Shown piece by piece: positions 41,901 to 54,073 of a stretch of 64,000 nt of DNA (positions are counted from its first letter, which is position 1; the number at the start of each line of letters is the position of its first letter). The notes beneath the pieces were generated by a model. The model had not been told where the DNA came from. It did not search any database and was given only the letters and a program-made list of their open reading frames with translations. Source of the DNA: Dipteris shenzhenensis (lineage: Eukaryota); NCBI GenBank assembly GCA_047967505.1, contig CM106538.1; one strand, 5' to 3'. Made by a program: the position numbers and the translations under genes.

Positions 41901-43534
41901 TAAAGTATATCTTTACTCAGCCAGTCATGAACGCTCGACAAGCACGCTGGGTTGAGTTTCTGGCCAACTTTCACATGACCATTGAGTACATACCAGGACT
42001 ACGCAATGTAGTTGCAGATGCTCTCAGCCGGTTACCTCTAGCATCAGCCATGGTAATCTCTACATTATCTGTGGATGTTCCGAATTCATTCAAAGGAAAG
42101 TATTTCAATGATAAAGACTTCGGCACCGCAGTACAGGTTCTTTCTAAAGATCAACCTTCGACTTCCGAACAAAAGATTTTCTCATCCTATTCTTATACGG
42201 ACGACCTTCTGTATTATCAAGATCGCGTCTGTGTACCACATGACAAGGATGTTCGACGTCTTTTGTTAAAAGAGCATCATGTAGTTCCTTATGCTGCCCA
42301 TCCAGGCATCAATAAGACTTATCGGTTACTCAGTGCAACATACTACTGGCCTCAGATGAAAAGAGATGTCATCAAAATGTTACATCTTGCTTATCCTGTC
42401 AACTAATGAAAGCAAGTCGACGACTTCCAACAGGACTTCTTCAGCCTCTTCCAGTTCCAACTAAAGGTGGGAAAGTATTTCCATGGATTTCATTACAACA
42501 CTACCTCCCGAGGTAACACTCAGATTATGGTAATTGTTGATCGCTTGTCCAAAATGGCACACTTTGTTGCTTGCAAAAGCAGTGCACAGGCCCCGGACAT
42601 AGCCAAACTCTTTATACAACATATCTTCCGACACCATGGATTACCCAAGAATATCATATCCGACAGAGATCCTAAGTTTACCAGTCACTTTTGGATTTCA
42701 CTGTTCGAATCTTTGGGTACTACTCTACTGTTCAGTTCAGCTTACCACCCTGAATCAGATGGCCAGACTGAAAGAGTCAACCAAGTTCTGGAAGAAATGC
42801 TTCGACATTATGTTCAGTCACGCCTCGCCGCCTGGGAAGAGTATCTACCACTCCTTGAGTTTGCTTATAATAACTCTTTCCATAGTGCCATCAGCATGAC
42901 TCCATTCCAAGCAGCTTATGGACACACTCCGATTGTACCAACAAATTTTGTACTTCAACATCGAGTGGCCCTAGCTGATCAACTGGTTCAAGAAATGCAA
43001 GACATTCTACTGCAAGTCAGGGATCATATGCGAAAAGCGCAAGAGCGGTATCAACAGTCTGCCAACAAACATAGACGTCACCTGGAATTTAATACTGGTG
43101 ACATGGTGCTATTATTTGTAGCCCCACATCGCTATAAGACGGTTAAGTCTATGTTTCCTAAGTTGCGACCACGATACTATGGACCTTTCCGGATCGTCAA
43201 TAAAAATTCACCTTTAAGTTATAAATTGGAATTACCACCATCATGGGGTAAAATCCATCCAACATTTCATATTTCTTGGCTAAAGACGTACATTCCAAGC
43301 GATGAAGCAGTTCCTCCTGCAGGTGATTATGTCCCAGAAATCGAAGACGATTTTGTTCTCCTTATTCTTGAGCCTATTCTGGACCATCGACAGCGAGAGA
43401 CTCGACATCGACTTATCACGGAATTCCTTGTTCTTTGGCGAGATCTGGACGACTCCGACGCTACTTGGCAGTCTGATGAAGACTTACAGCAATACCCTGA
43501 TCTATTACAGCAGTATTTTCAGCATCTACCATGA
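38891..43534 (+). pseudogene. gag-pol of chromovirus B (gag, zinc knuckle, protease, RT, RNaseH, integrase, chromodomain), disrupted
   Basis: [50 protein letters not shown]...DATW; TGA at 41462-41464 and frameshifts near 42375-42500. Confidence 0.95.
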
Positions 43535-46500
43535 TATTTTCTACATCAGTTCATTATCTCCACCAGGGTCTTCTTTTGAGTGGGAGGGGATGTCACGATC
43601 TGTGACGTATTCCTTTCTCTTTCTAGACTTATGGATGGTTTAATGAATGGACACTTGTGGAAGGGTATGACCTTTCGACGGGACACTTGCCCTTTCGACG
43701 GGACACTTCCTAATGAGGCATAACCCTTCACAAGAGACATTCTAATGAAGAGACATTCCTATTGTAATGTACCCTCTCATCAAGGGTCACACCCTTCACA
43801 AGGGGTACACACCTCTTCATGCACATACCCTTTGGAGTTCACACCTTTTCATGTGTGACTCTTCACTCTCTATATAAGAGAGGCCAAATTGTATGGATGA
43901 CAATCACATCCACCCTACAGACATTCAAGCAATACAGTTATTCCTTGTTCTCTGCTATCTCAGTCTCTTTTCTGTTCCTTAGCACAGTTCTAAATATAGT
44001 AAATCTAGGATTTCTTACAAGAAGAGGGCAAAGGGCTGCCTAAATAGAGGGCAGCAAGGTGCTGAAGAAGAGGGTAAACTGAAGAAGAGTGAAGGGCTAA
44101 GGGGACTCGAGAGTCACGACTGAAGAAGAGGGCAAAGGGCTGCCTAAATAGAGGGCAGCAAGGTGCTGAAGAAGAGGGCAAACGACTGCCTAAATAGGCT
44201 CTTGAGGCAGCAAGGTCGGTGTGCAAGCAAAGAGTTGGTTCATGGGCGTAGAGCATAGTACGTACGGCCTTTCTTGAGATTCGGGAGCCTTCACAAGGAC
44301 GTAGTACGGATTAGAAAATAGGAGCCAAGTAATACTATAAGGTACGCATCCCGATTCCCCCTCCCCCCAAAAAGTCACGTACTGAAATGCGTACGGACGT
44401 CCGTACGTACAGCGGTGCAAAATCCGTACGAAAAAAAGGACCATATGCGTACGTATGCACTATGGTTTGAAGCATGAATTACAACAAGTATGTCCTTTTC
44501 ATAAATCCCAAAATTCATCTCCGTGGGCTGCAACACCCTACTCTCATAAGCAACAACCCTTTTATCTTGCATAAGAACTCCTCCAATGCTGTTGCCACAT
44601 GCATCACACTGGACAACTCAAATCTGGCACGATTAGGACAGGGTCAAAACACAACTTTTCTTTCAGCCCTTCAAAAGCTGCAATTTCTTTGGAAGTCCAG
44701 CAAAAAGATACTCCCTTCTTCTACAAAGCATGCAAACGTGAAGCAATCTCAACAAAGTAATGAATAAATATCCTGTAGTGCGGGCACAACCCAAGAAAGC
44801 TCCATACTTCGTGGATGTTCCTGAGTGGTGGCCAACTCTTGATTGCTTCAACCTTCGTTGGATCCATCCGAACTCTATCCTTGGATATAACATGCCCAAG
44901 AAGGTGAATTTTCAGCATGAAAAATCCACTTTTCGCTTATGTTCTCTCCACTCTTCAAACACAACCGCCAAATGCTTTCAATGCTCTTCCTCATTTTTGG
45001 AGAAAACAATGATGTCATCGAACAATGTGCCCACAAAAGACCTGTGTTCTCTAAAAATCATGTCCATTTCATTCGGTTAAAGGTGGCGGGAGCATTAGTT
45101 AAACCAAATGGCATGACAAGATATTCATAAAGCCCAAAAGTGGTCCTAAAAGCTGTCTTGTGCACAGCTTCCAGTCGAATGCGGATCTGATGATATCCGC
45201 TCTTCAAGTCAATGCGGCTGATAATGGAAGACACCACAAGTGTGTCCAGAATGTCATCAATCCGAGGAATGGGAAACCTATTCTTGACCATGATCTTGTT
45301 AAGTGCTTGGTAGTCGATGCACATCCGCCAAGATCCATCCTTCTTTTGCACCAACAATACAGGGAAAAAATGGACCGCATCAGCCCTTTTTGCAGCAATT
45401 CATTTACCTCGCTCAATATTTCTTCCCGTTGGGCTGCGCTGACTCTGTACGGGAGCATATTCGGAGGGCAACTACCTGGCATGATATCTATAGCATGGTC
45501 TTCAGGCCTCTCAGGCGGGAGTTCCCTTGGTAAAGACTCAAGAAAACAATCTTGAAATTGAAACAAGAAATCTGTCCGTTCTTTATCCATACCAAAAAGA
45601 GGCAGCTGATCATCTTCTCTCTCTTTTTCTTTTGCAAAAATCAAATACGCAGAAATATGCTTTCTCATTAGTGAAGTAATTGCAAAAGCAGATACAACCG
45701 CAATGGACTCTCCTTTGAGTTTTACATCAGCACATGAGTCTTTCCCCTATGAGTCATGGTAACTGTTTTATTGAAAGTAACCACAATAGCTTGAAGACGA
45801 TGACACCATGGAATGCCCAAAAGTACGTCACAACCGTTCACAGAGAGAATGTAAAATTCTTCGGTATCAACATAGCTCAAGATATCCAGAAGGAGCTTCC
45901 CAATGATCGGAGTGATGGATGTACTGAGCCCTGTAGCAATCATGTGTGCCTATGCAAGTGAACCAATCTCCTCAGGGCGTATACCCAACTTTCCTGCTAG
46001 CTCAGGAGAAATAAATTTTGCCTTAGCACCTGGATCGAAGAAAAATAGAGCGGTCTGATCACGAATTTTGCCCCAAGCTCTACGAAGCTCCATATCATCC
46101 TCTTGTTTCTTAACAGTGATCATGTCAGGTACAAGGCCGGCAGATGGCTTTTGCTTCTTGCTCTTCGGATCAGCTTTGGGTTCCGTCTTATGTTCATCTC
46201 TATCCTCCGATGTTTCTCCTCTTCCGTCAACCTGATAGGCCGTGACCTGAGAACACGCCGTTGTCCTGCAACCAAAGTAGCTTTCGAGGGTCTACCAAAT
46301 CTGTCCTTCCGTTTGAAGTCCTCCTTCCTTTTGAACTCTTCTCTTTTTTTGAACTCTTCTGTTTGGCTGCCCTTAAAGCCACTGGTCTTGCCTTGGAGCA
46401 AAGCATAAGCTGTATTGGCATTCTCAATCAACTAATTTCCTTTGGCAATCCACAACAATATTTCTCTACCTGCTCAGACAAAGGAACACCTCCTAGTTCG

Positions 46501-47967
46501 CAACAGGACTTCCCAAATTTTCATGTTATATTCCTCCAAATTACGGCAATTCTTTGCATCCAGCTTATGCCAAGCCGTCATGATAACTTCAAATGCGGTG
46601 GTCACCCACGCAGCTGAAAAGACCTGCTTAAACTCCACCCATGTGGTCGATGCTCTCCCCTGCAAGAGAAGATTTGTCCACCATTGCAAAGCATTTCCCT
46701 TCAAGAAAGTGGCGGCTTTCCAAATTTTTCAAAAAGGGAAACTTCCAAGCATCCCCATGCCTTGCTCAGGCTGTCCGACCATCGCCTGAAACACTGAACC
46801 TCCTCCAAAATAACCTGTGGGCATAGAAGATGGAGGGAAATTCTGTTGTACCGAACCGTAAAACGGATAGCTCTGGGATTTCCAACCGTACCTGATGCAA
46901 GAGGCATTGCGCCAACTTGCAGAGTCTTCTTCTTCTTCTTCTTCTTCTTCTTCTTCTCGGGCTTCAAAGGTGCATTCACCAATTCAGCAAAGCGTGGATT
47001 CTGCATCAATTGCACAAAAGTTTGAGCGGTTTCCTACAAGTGTGCCCTGAACTGTTCATCTACATTAGGCTCCTCAACCTCTTCCTCTTCATGACGAGAA
47101 CCCTTAGTGGCATGCTCAAATTGAACGGGCTGTTCATCATCTTCCTCCCACCATGCAATATAACCCAAAGACTCCAATTTCTCCTCAGCATCCGTCTATG
47201 TGCCATGGCTGAAGAATTTCTTGGCTGCAAATTTATTACAGCAACCAGTATTTCATGTCCTGACCCATACAGAACCACGGGCTCACCCTCTTGAAGAAGA
47301 TGCCGATGACCAGGGCAACGGAACCACTGTAACCGGCCTTCGGGATCTCCATAGGGAAGTGAACAGATAACAACCAGAAAATACTTAATTTACAGCCACT
47401 TAGAACTTTCCACAGCAAACCAAATCAACTTAGAACACAACACCCGAGGGCTAGATCACCCTTGTCTTGCACCCCTTTGGAATATCTCGCTCCACTTTCT
47501 CAGAGAGTCTCAACCCTCACGTGGGGCTAGAGCCCCTTACCTATAGTGCACCTCTCCCCCAAGTTTCTTGGAGCTGCCCTCCAGCCTTGAGGGACCCTTG
47601 GAGTCTCTACAAACAATTAGTCCTCCTTGGAGCTGCCATCTCTCTCTCTCTCTCTTCGCTCTTTTGGAGATGTGTTCATGCTCTCTTTTTCTATAGGCAC
47701 TCCAGCCAAGTTGCAGCTGGTTTCCACAGCCCCCTTTGTTGAGTTTTACAGTCATTTGCAGTCCGAATTCTCTGCTTAGTTGCAGCCAGTTGAACCAGCT
47801 TTCATGTTCAGTTTTGCATCCATTTGGCAATCAGTTGCAGCCAAGTTCTCATGCTCAAGCCAACCACTCCTTTGATTGCAGCCAACATATGCCCAGTATG
47901 GTGCCACATTTGTGCTCAGTTTGCAACCATGGTTAAGCACTGTTACCAGCAAGTCTTCTGCTCTAAA

Positions 47968-49009
47968 TGTTAGAAATTACCCAATAGAGGGTACGCATAG
48001 CGGAAGACTGATAGTATTGCCCTACAGGTCACACAGTGTGCGTGTGGGGTGTGGAATCACAAACTTCTTAACTTATGTGCATAGATGTGCAAGCCAATAA
48101 ATAGACAATGCTCAGAGACAAATATAGAAGCAACTCTTTATATTTCTGTCCGTCCACAAAGAAGGACAGGATACAACACCAACAGGTTCTCCTACTAGAT
48201 GCCAAACACTTCTAGATCTCTGAGCCCACATGCTCCACACCTCGAGCATATGTAGACTCTCTGTCTAGATCCCTTCCACCTTGCTGTCCGGAAGCCAGCC
48301 TAGGTGGGCAGCACCTCTAGCTCAGTCTGCAGCTTCTCCTAGGTCACCTTGTCCTCCTGAATGTAGGCCTAAGGCTTCCCCTTTGCTGCTCCTGTCTGCT
48401 GTCCTGAGGGTTGCTCCAAGTGATGAGATATGAGGGCCTGGAAGCACTCCTTTTATAGGCCCAAGAGCCTGGCCAGCCAACCGACCCAGCAGCCCTAGAA
48501 AGGGCCAACTGCTGGTCGGTTCAGCCCCCTGCCCCTGGCCGACCAAAACCGACCCCCTTGGGGCCAACCTGCTGACCAGGCCGGGGGGTATGCCAGCCCA
48601 TTTGCTGGCCTCTGCTCCCCCACCTTGCCACGTGGCCCTGCGCCACTGTTCGCCTCCATGTGAGGCCTGTTGCAGCCTGCTGCGCTGGCCCACCATGTGC
48701 TTCTAGCAGGCACCTATGAGCCCTGCATGTCTCGCCTCCTGCCAGGTTACTTTCCAGGCCCCAAAGCGCTGCTGTTCCTGCTGATGTCACTGCGCCTTGT
48801 CCAGGGCTTGCTGCAGGTCGAGATCCTGCCCGCAACCCTTGCCATCCAGGTCGCCTATTACATGACTGCATCCCGCCATGAAGGCGCCTTGAGCTGCCTC
48901 TGTCAGGCCCTTCACTGGCACCTGGGTACCATGCTTCTGTGCTTAGGTTCACCCCCCCCATGCTCTCATCATATGGGGGCTTATAGATGGGGAGATGACC
49001 GTTCCAACA
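47968..49009 (-). mobile_element. Solo LTR (Copia-associated family)
   Basis: TGTTAGAA...TTCCAACA; perfect TSD CTAAA; reverse-complement homolog of 8641-9670. Confidence 0.92.
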
Positions 49010-50068
49010 CTAAATGCATCCATTCTTATGCTGGGAAGTCTATAAATATGAGTTGTGGGCTCAATCGGCATGGACTCGTTTGGATAGTGGGACCTCAGGC
49101 CTATGCCTGCTCTAGCCTAGTACCTTGACTGCTTTGATCACCTCAGCCTCGGGGAGTGATCCTTTATACAGGATCTACGGCTAGGTGGTGAGCTTGTTAG
49201 ATCCCCCTATTCGGTCTTTCTAATCTATGGCCTTTTTGAAGGCCTTGGCATCATAGAAAAACCTGGATTACACCCAAGCTTGGGCCCAGCTAACCCTCGC
49301 TTTGGGTGCCCGTTTCAATATCACCACAGAGTGCCAAAATAGTGACATCTACAATTTAGTTCAAATTATAACAAACATATTGTCATGGCACAACTGTAGC
49401 TTGCCAAAAGAATGGCGCCTAAGACTGCACATGATTTCTAATTCTATTGAGACCAGCTGCTTGCCATGAAGGCGCCTTGAGCTGCCTCTGCCAGGCCCTT
49501 CACTGCCACCTGGGTACCATGCTTTTGTGCTTAGGTTCACCCCCCCCCATGCTCTCCTCATATGGGGGCTTACAGATGGGGAGGTGACCATTCCAACACT
49601 AAATGCATCCATTCTTATGCTGGGCATTCTTATGCTGGGAAGTCTATAAATATGGGTTGTGGGCTCAATCGGCATGGACTCATTTGGATAGTGGGACCTC
49701 AGGCCTATGCCTGCTCTAGCCTAGTACCTTGACTGCTTGGCTCACCTCAGCCTCGGGGAGTGATCCTTTATACGGGATCTACGGCTAGGTGGTGAGCTTG
49801 TTAGATCCCCCAATTCGATCTTTCTAATCTATTGCCTTTTTGAAGGTCTTGGCATCAGAGAAAAACCTGGATTACACCCAAGCTTGGGCCCAGCTAACCC
49901 TCGCTTTGGGTGCCCGTTTCAATATCACCACAAAGTGCCAAAATAGTGACATCTACAATTTAGTTCAAATTATAACAAACATATTGTCATGGCACAACTG
50001 TAGCTTGCCAAAAGAATGGCGCCTAAGACTGCAAATGATTTATAATTCTATTGAGACCAGCTGCTTGC
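48875..50068. repeat. Tandem duplication, period 588 bp
   Basis: 48875-49462 is repeated at 49463-50068, covering the LTR terminus, its TSD and about 450 bp of flank; copy 2 has an extra 15-bp duplication. Confidence 0.95.
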
Positions 50069-51066
50069 TTGTTAGGCCACAGCTCCAGCTAGAATAACTG
50101 AATATGTGAAACAACGCAAAATCACATCAACATGCTTCCTTTCAGATAATTTTCTTGTCAAACTAACTTATATCTAAACACGTCAGCCGTATACAAACTG
50201 AGATGCCCCAAAACAGATGCTCCTGAACCAAGCCGAGACAAACAAGAGGAAAGTACCCTTTCATGCAAGACTATATAGTACCATTCAGCCATAAGACTCA
50301 GCAACAGTCTTATGATCTGTAGCCATGTTCCTACATTGAAGAACTCCAATAAATGCAAAAGACTGCACACTTGTTGAAATACAGAAAGAAATACAACTAC
50401 AAAGCACACATAACATCAATAAAAGAGAGTGAAACCAAAACCACCAGCAATTTCTGACCTTTCTGCTAGTTGCTGATGAGCATACTCAAGATCAGCCATT
50501 CATTTTATTGATTTCAGACAGATGTCAAAAACAAACCAGTTTTCATTGAGCATAGAATCCCACTACTTGGCCTCAAATATCTCTTGCACGGACGTGTCTT
50601 AAATTTTGAAATATGGCAGACTTCCTAGTTGCAGCATCCCAAATTGGTCTACACAGAGCTTTGCAGGCACTTAGCTCCCAGCCAATCCATGCACAAGTAA
50701 GCAGCTGTCTATCCTAGATCAGAAAATACACAAATGCACGACTCAAAAGAAGATTGCTTGCCTCCAGACATTGTGCCCTTGCAAAACCAATAAGAACCAT
50801 TTTATGCACATGAACTGCATCTTGGCACCTAGACTTTTGTGAGAGCTGCAGACGTATAGATATGCTAGCCATGTAAATGCACCTTTGTGAGCACGGTGTT
50901 CCAGTAATAGAATTAGATTTTGACAATCCAAGGTAGTGTTGATTCATCCTCTGGAACACCTGTCTGATCTTAGCTACTGGTATGAAACATATTAAGTCAC
51001 AGATGCATGCAAGGAGTATCACCTGATTGACAGCTCAAAAGGCATGTAATTTCGTCATACATATAC

Positions 51067-51158
51067 CTTTCTAAAACTGGAGTTTCATGTTCCATCTCCT
51101 TTGTCAATGGGGGATGAAGCGGTTCAGGCACCCATTCATCACATAGTTGGTCAATTTC
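51067..51158 (-). CDS. LCB1: LCB1 exon 2
   Basis: CAG acceptor; EIDQLCDEWVPEPLHPPLTKEMEHETPVLE; AG/GTAT donor, phase 2. Confidence 0.95.
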
Positions 51159-51384
51159 CTGCAGCCAGCCGAAATGCAGCATAAAATAGAATCTACTAAT
51201 TAGAAATTACTGCAGTTTGTAAATACATCAAAGTTGTTTATAAAATGCCACGGGGTTCATGTTTTATGTTCACAAGCTGCATATATTGTATGTCATCTAA
51301 AGCCATGAATTTTAAATAACACATACATGGGGAATCTATCCAAAAGGTAGGAGGGAAATATAGCAAAAAAAGCAAATTTCTCAC

Positions 51385-51636
51385 CTGCTTTGCTAAAGGA
51401 CGCTTTTGAGGCTGATAACTCTTTTGCAACAATAAAAAGAGAATTGTAACCACTAATAATGCCTCCACAAAGAAGTGGCCTGCAGCCTCCAACGAAGGTA
51501 ACCTCAGACCCAGCACACCTACACCACGTGTTGAAAGAACAGCCAAAAGTTTTAGGGAAAGTTCCAACGAAAAATGCTAAAAAGTAAGCAACATCAACAT
51601 CTCTGGAAGCAATTCAAACATTCCATGATCTAGCAT
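51385..51636 (-). CDS. LCB1: LCB1 coding exon 1 (N-terminal TM helix; 5' limit uncertain)
   Basis: Encodes GHFFVEALLVVTILFLLLQKSYQPQKRPLAKQ, donor CAG/GTGAG at 51384. In-frame ATGs at 51636, 51621, 51600 and 51594 are separated from this by TAG at 51579-51577. Confidence 0.7.
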
Positions 51637-52778
51637 TTTCCCTGGAGATGAACCTGCCCAAAAATTTGAATGGCGGCATATCCTGCCTTTAGATACTAAA
51701 ATGCAGAGAGTTGTGTTTTATTCCAGATTTGGAAATTCGAGGGGCGGTTTGTTGTAAAATCCCTTGAGTGCTATATTTTGTAGAAACACAGATACTGGCC
51801 AATAAAGTATTAGCTTCCCTCCTCTATGTCCTATCATGGTGTGCATATAATCACCCAATTAGAAGGCAATTAAAACTGGTAAATGATAAGCTGGAAAAAA
51901 CATTGAAAAACAAGATGCCCAAAACAACTGTGGCTGCAAAGGGCACATCCCTTGAGAAAACTCCCTCTGATCCAAAGCCCAATTGGGTCAGTATCAATTG
52001 AGTAAAGGGCACCAACTATTGCTGTAAGAAAAGTTGTTGGGGTGAAAGATAAAAAACAGTGTAGAGGTTAAAACAAATCAATTTGGGGGGAGAAATATAG
52101 AACAAAATCTTCTTGAACATCCCTTTTCATATTTCAAAGCTCAAAAATGACAATTTGTTCCATAAGTGAGCAAAATCAAGATAAGTTTTTTGTTTGTTTG
52201 TCTGCATATTTTGGGATTAAAGGTGTTGTTTTAAGTGGAAATCCTTGATATGGACCAAAGCCTCCCAAAAATTAAAAAATCCCTTCCTATTGATTAGTTT
52301 GGGAGAGGAAGAGAGGGGATTAAATCGATGAAGAAGGTAAGCCATTTCCTTTTTGGCACAGGAACCACCTTCGCTTTCTCACCCGCAGCCCCCAGTCCCT
52401 TTGCCTCTCCCTTTCCGCCCCTCCCGCAGCTCGCTCCCCCCTCAGCTGTGCAGCTCCCCCCCCCCCAATTCTATCTCCAGATCATTCCCATGCACAAATC
52501 AATCCACAGAACACCCCCCAGCCCCGAACTCATGGGAGTGCGGAGAGATGAGATCCCACGTCATATGCAAGCTTCTATCAGAGGGGAAGCCACCCATCCC
52601 CATCACGGACCAGGCAACCTGAGACACATACGCCACATCGCTCTATGATGCTCTAGCCCAGGCACCACCTTATATGTCCTTGCCCAAGCCCACCACATCC
52701 ACCTTGTTTACCACATGGAATGTGCAGGCCGCATTACGCCAACTCCATAACAAAAGAGCACTTCACACATGGACAAGA

Positions 52779-54073
52779 TGTTGGAAATTGGGGTCCATTG
52801 TCCAACCTATAAGCCCCCACATGAGGAGAGCACAAGGACATGGTACCAAGATAGAAATGGGGGATTTGAGAGCCTTCTGTGTCTGCATCAAGTTCAGATG
52901 TCACATGGGTAGATCTAGGTGGAAGGGATCATCCACATGGCTGCCACAATGTCCACTGTTGGAGGTGGGCAACAAGGACAGCAGAGAGAGCTGTCATAGA
53001 AATACGATGATGTTGGCACCAGCTTGGAGTAGAAGAAACCATGCTTGGACAGGTCGGCTGGGCTGTAAGGGTAAGGTTAGCAGGCTGCAGACAGAGTTGC
53101 ACACCCACGCAGCATGCAGTAGTAGTTCTGATCGGGGCAGGCTGTGATCATGCAGCAGACAGACAGAGACATCAACGCTGCCACACGGCCGGGGCAGGCT
53201 GTGATCATGCAGCAGACAGGTGGAGACATCAAGGCTGCCACACAGCTGAAAGGCACCTGTTTTAGAGCGGGTCTCTGAGCAGGGCGGACCGGTTTGTAGA
53301 CTGGTCGACCAGTCTACAAACTGGTCAAACCCTTCCCTGGGTCTCCAGCTCTATATAAAGACCCCAATCCCTTGTTCGTTCTATCCAGTCATTTCAGGTG
53401 TTGTCTCTCACAATAAACTGTCTAGGAGTGCAGCAAGGAGGTCACCATTCACAGTTGGTGAGCCAGAGAATGTGCAGCAGACAGGCAGTAGTAGTTCTGA
53501 TCAGGGCAGGCTGTGATCATGCAGCAGACAGGCAGAGACATCAACGCTGTACGTGGCCAGGGCAGGCTGTGATCATGCAGCAGACAGGCGGAGACATCAA
53601 GGCTGCCACGCAGCTGATAGGCACCTGTTTTAGAGCGGGTCTCTGAGCAGGGCGAGCCGGTTTGTAGACTGGTCGGCCAGTCTACAAACTGGTCGAACCC
53701 TTTGCTGGGTCTCCAGCTCTATATAAAGACCCCAATCCCTTGTTCGTTCTATCCAGTCATTTCAGGTGGTCTCTCACAATAAACTGTCTAGGAGTACAGC
53801 AAGGAGGTCAACGTTCACAGTTGGTGAGCCAGAGAATGTGCAGCAGTCTGCAACAAGAAAGGATGCAGAAGCATTACGAGTTCACACAAGAAGCAGCCCT
53901 TACCTCTAAGAGAGTCCTTGGTGCATACCTATGGCCAGTAGGAGAGCACACATGTACGGAAGAGCACTGTTCAAGGAACCAGCACTACACTAGGTCACTA
54001 AAGCTCATTGAGAAGCACGTAGCCAAAAGAGTGCAAGGACGGAAGTTTTGGATTCATTATATATGACTGTATT
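52779..54073 (+). mobile_element. Partial LTR of the same Copia-associated family, apparently cut by the LINE
   Basis: Starts TGTTGGAAA; shares TAAGCCCCC.AATGAGGAGAGCA-like block with 8641; no CA end or TSD within the window. Confidence 0.65.
53116..53846. repeat. Tandem duplication (about 365 bp units) inside the LTR, each with an internal repeat, a palindrome and a TATA box
   Basis: 53116-53480 and 53485-53846 are near-identical; CTATATAAAG in both. Confidence 0.93.

Larger units (their letters stand above)
36885..44019 (+). mobile_element. Young full-length Ty3/Gypsy chromovirus B
   Basis: LTRs 36885-37293 and 43591-44019 (TG...CA; one substitution plus a 20-bp tandem duplication); PBS TGGTATCAGAGC 37295-37306; PPT 43578-43590; perfect TSD AGAAG. 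Confidence 0.98.
33978..44464 (-). mobile_element. Full-length hAT DNA transposon
   Basis: Termini CATAGT...ACTATG; perfect 8-bp TSD GTTTGAAG (33970-33977 and 44465-44472); TACG/CGTA-rich subterminal repeats at both ends. Confidence 0.95.
30512..47400 (-). mobile_element. Degenerate Ty3/Gypsy chromovirus C (outer layer of nest 2); 5' LTR not found
   Basis: gag about 46100-47250; protease FFDPGA about 46040; RT 44700-45500; RNaseH split at the hAT; integrase and chromodomain 32319-33700; PPT GAGGGGGG then TGTCACA at 31840; far LTR end at 30512 is tentative. Confidence 0.85.

Noticed and set aside
52328-52345. ATG AAG AAG/GTAAG as first exon of a divergent + strand gene
   Set aside because: No downstream exon or recognisable protein; the following sequence is LTR and LINE.
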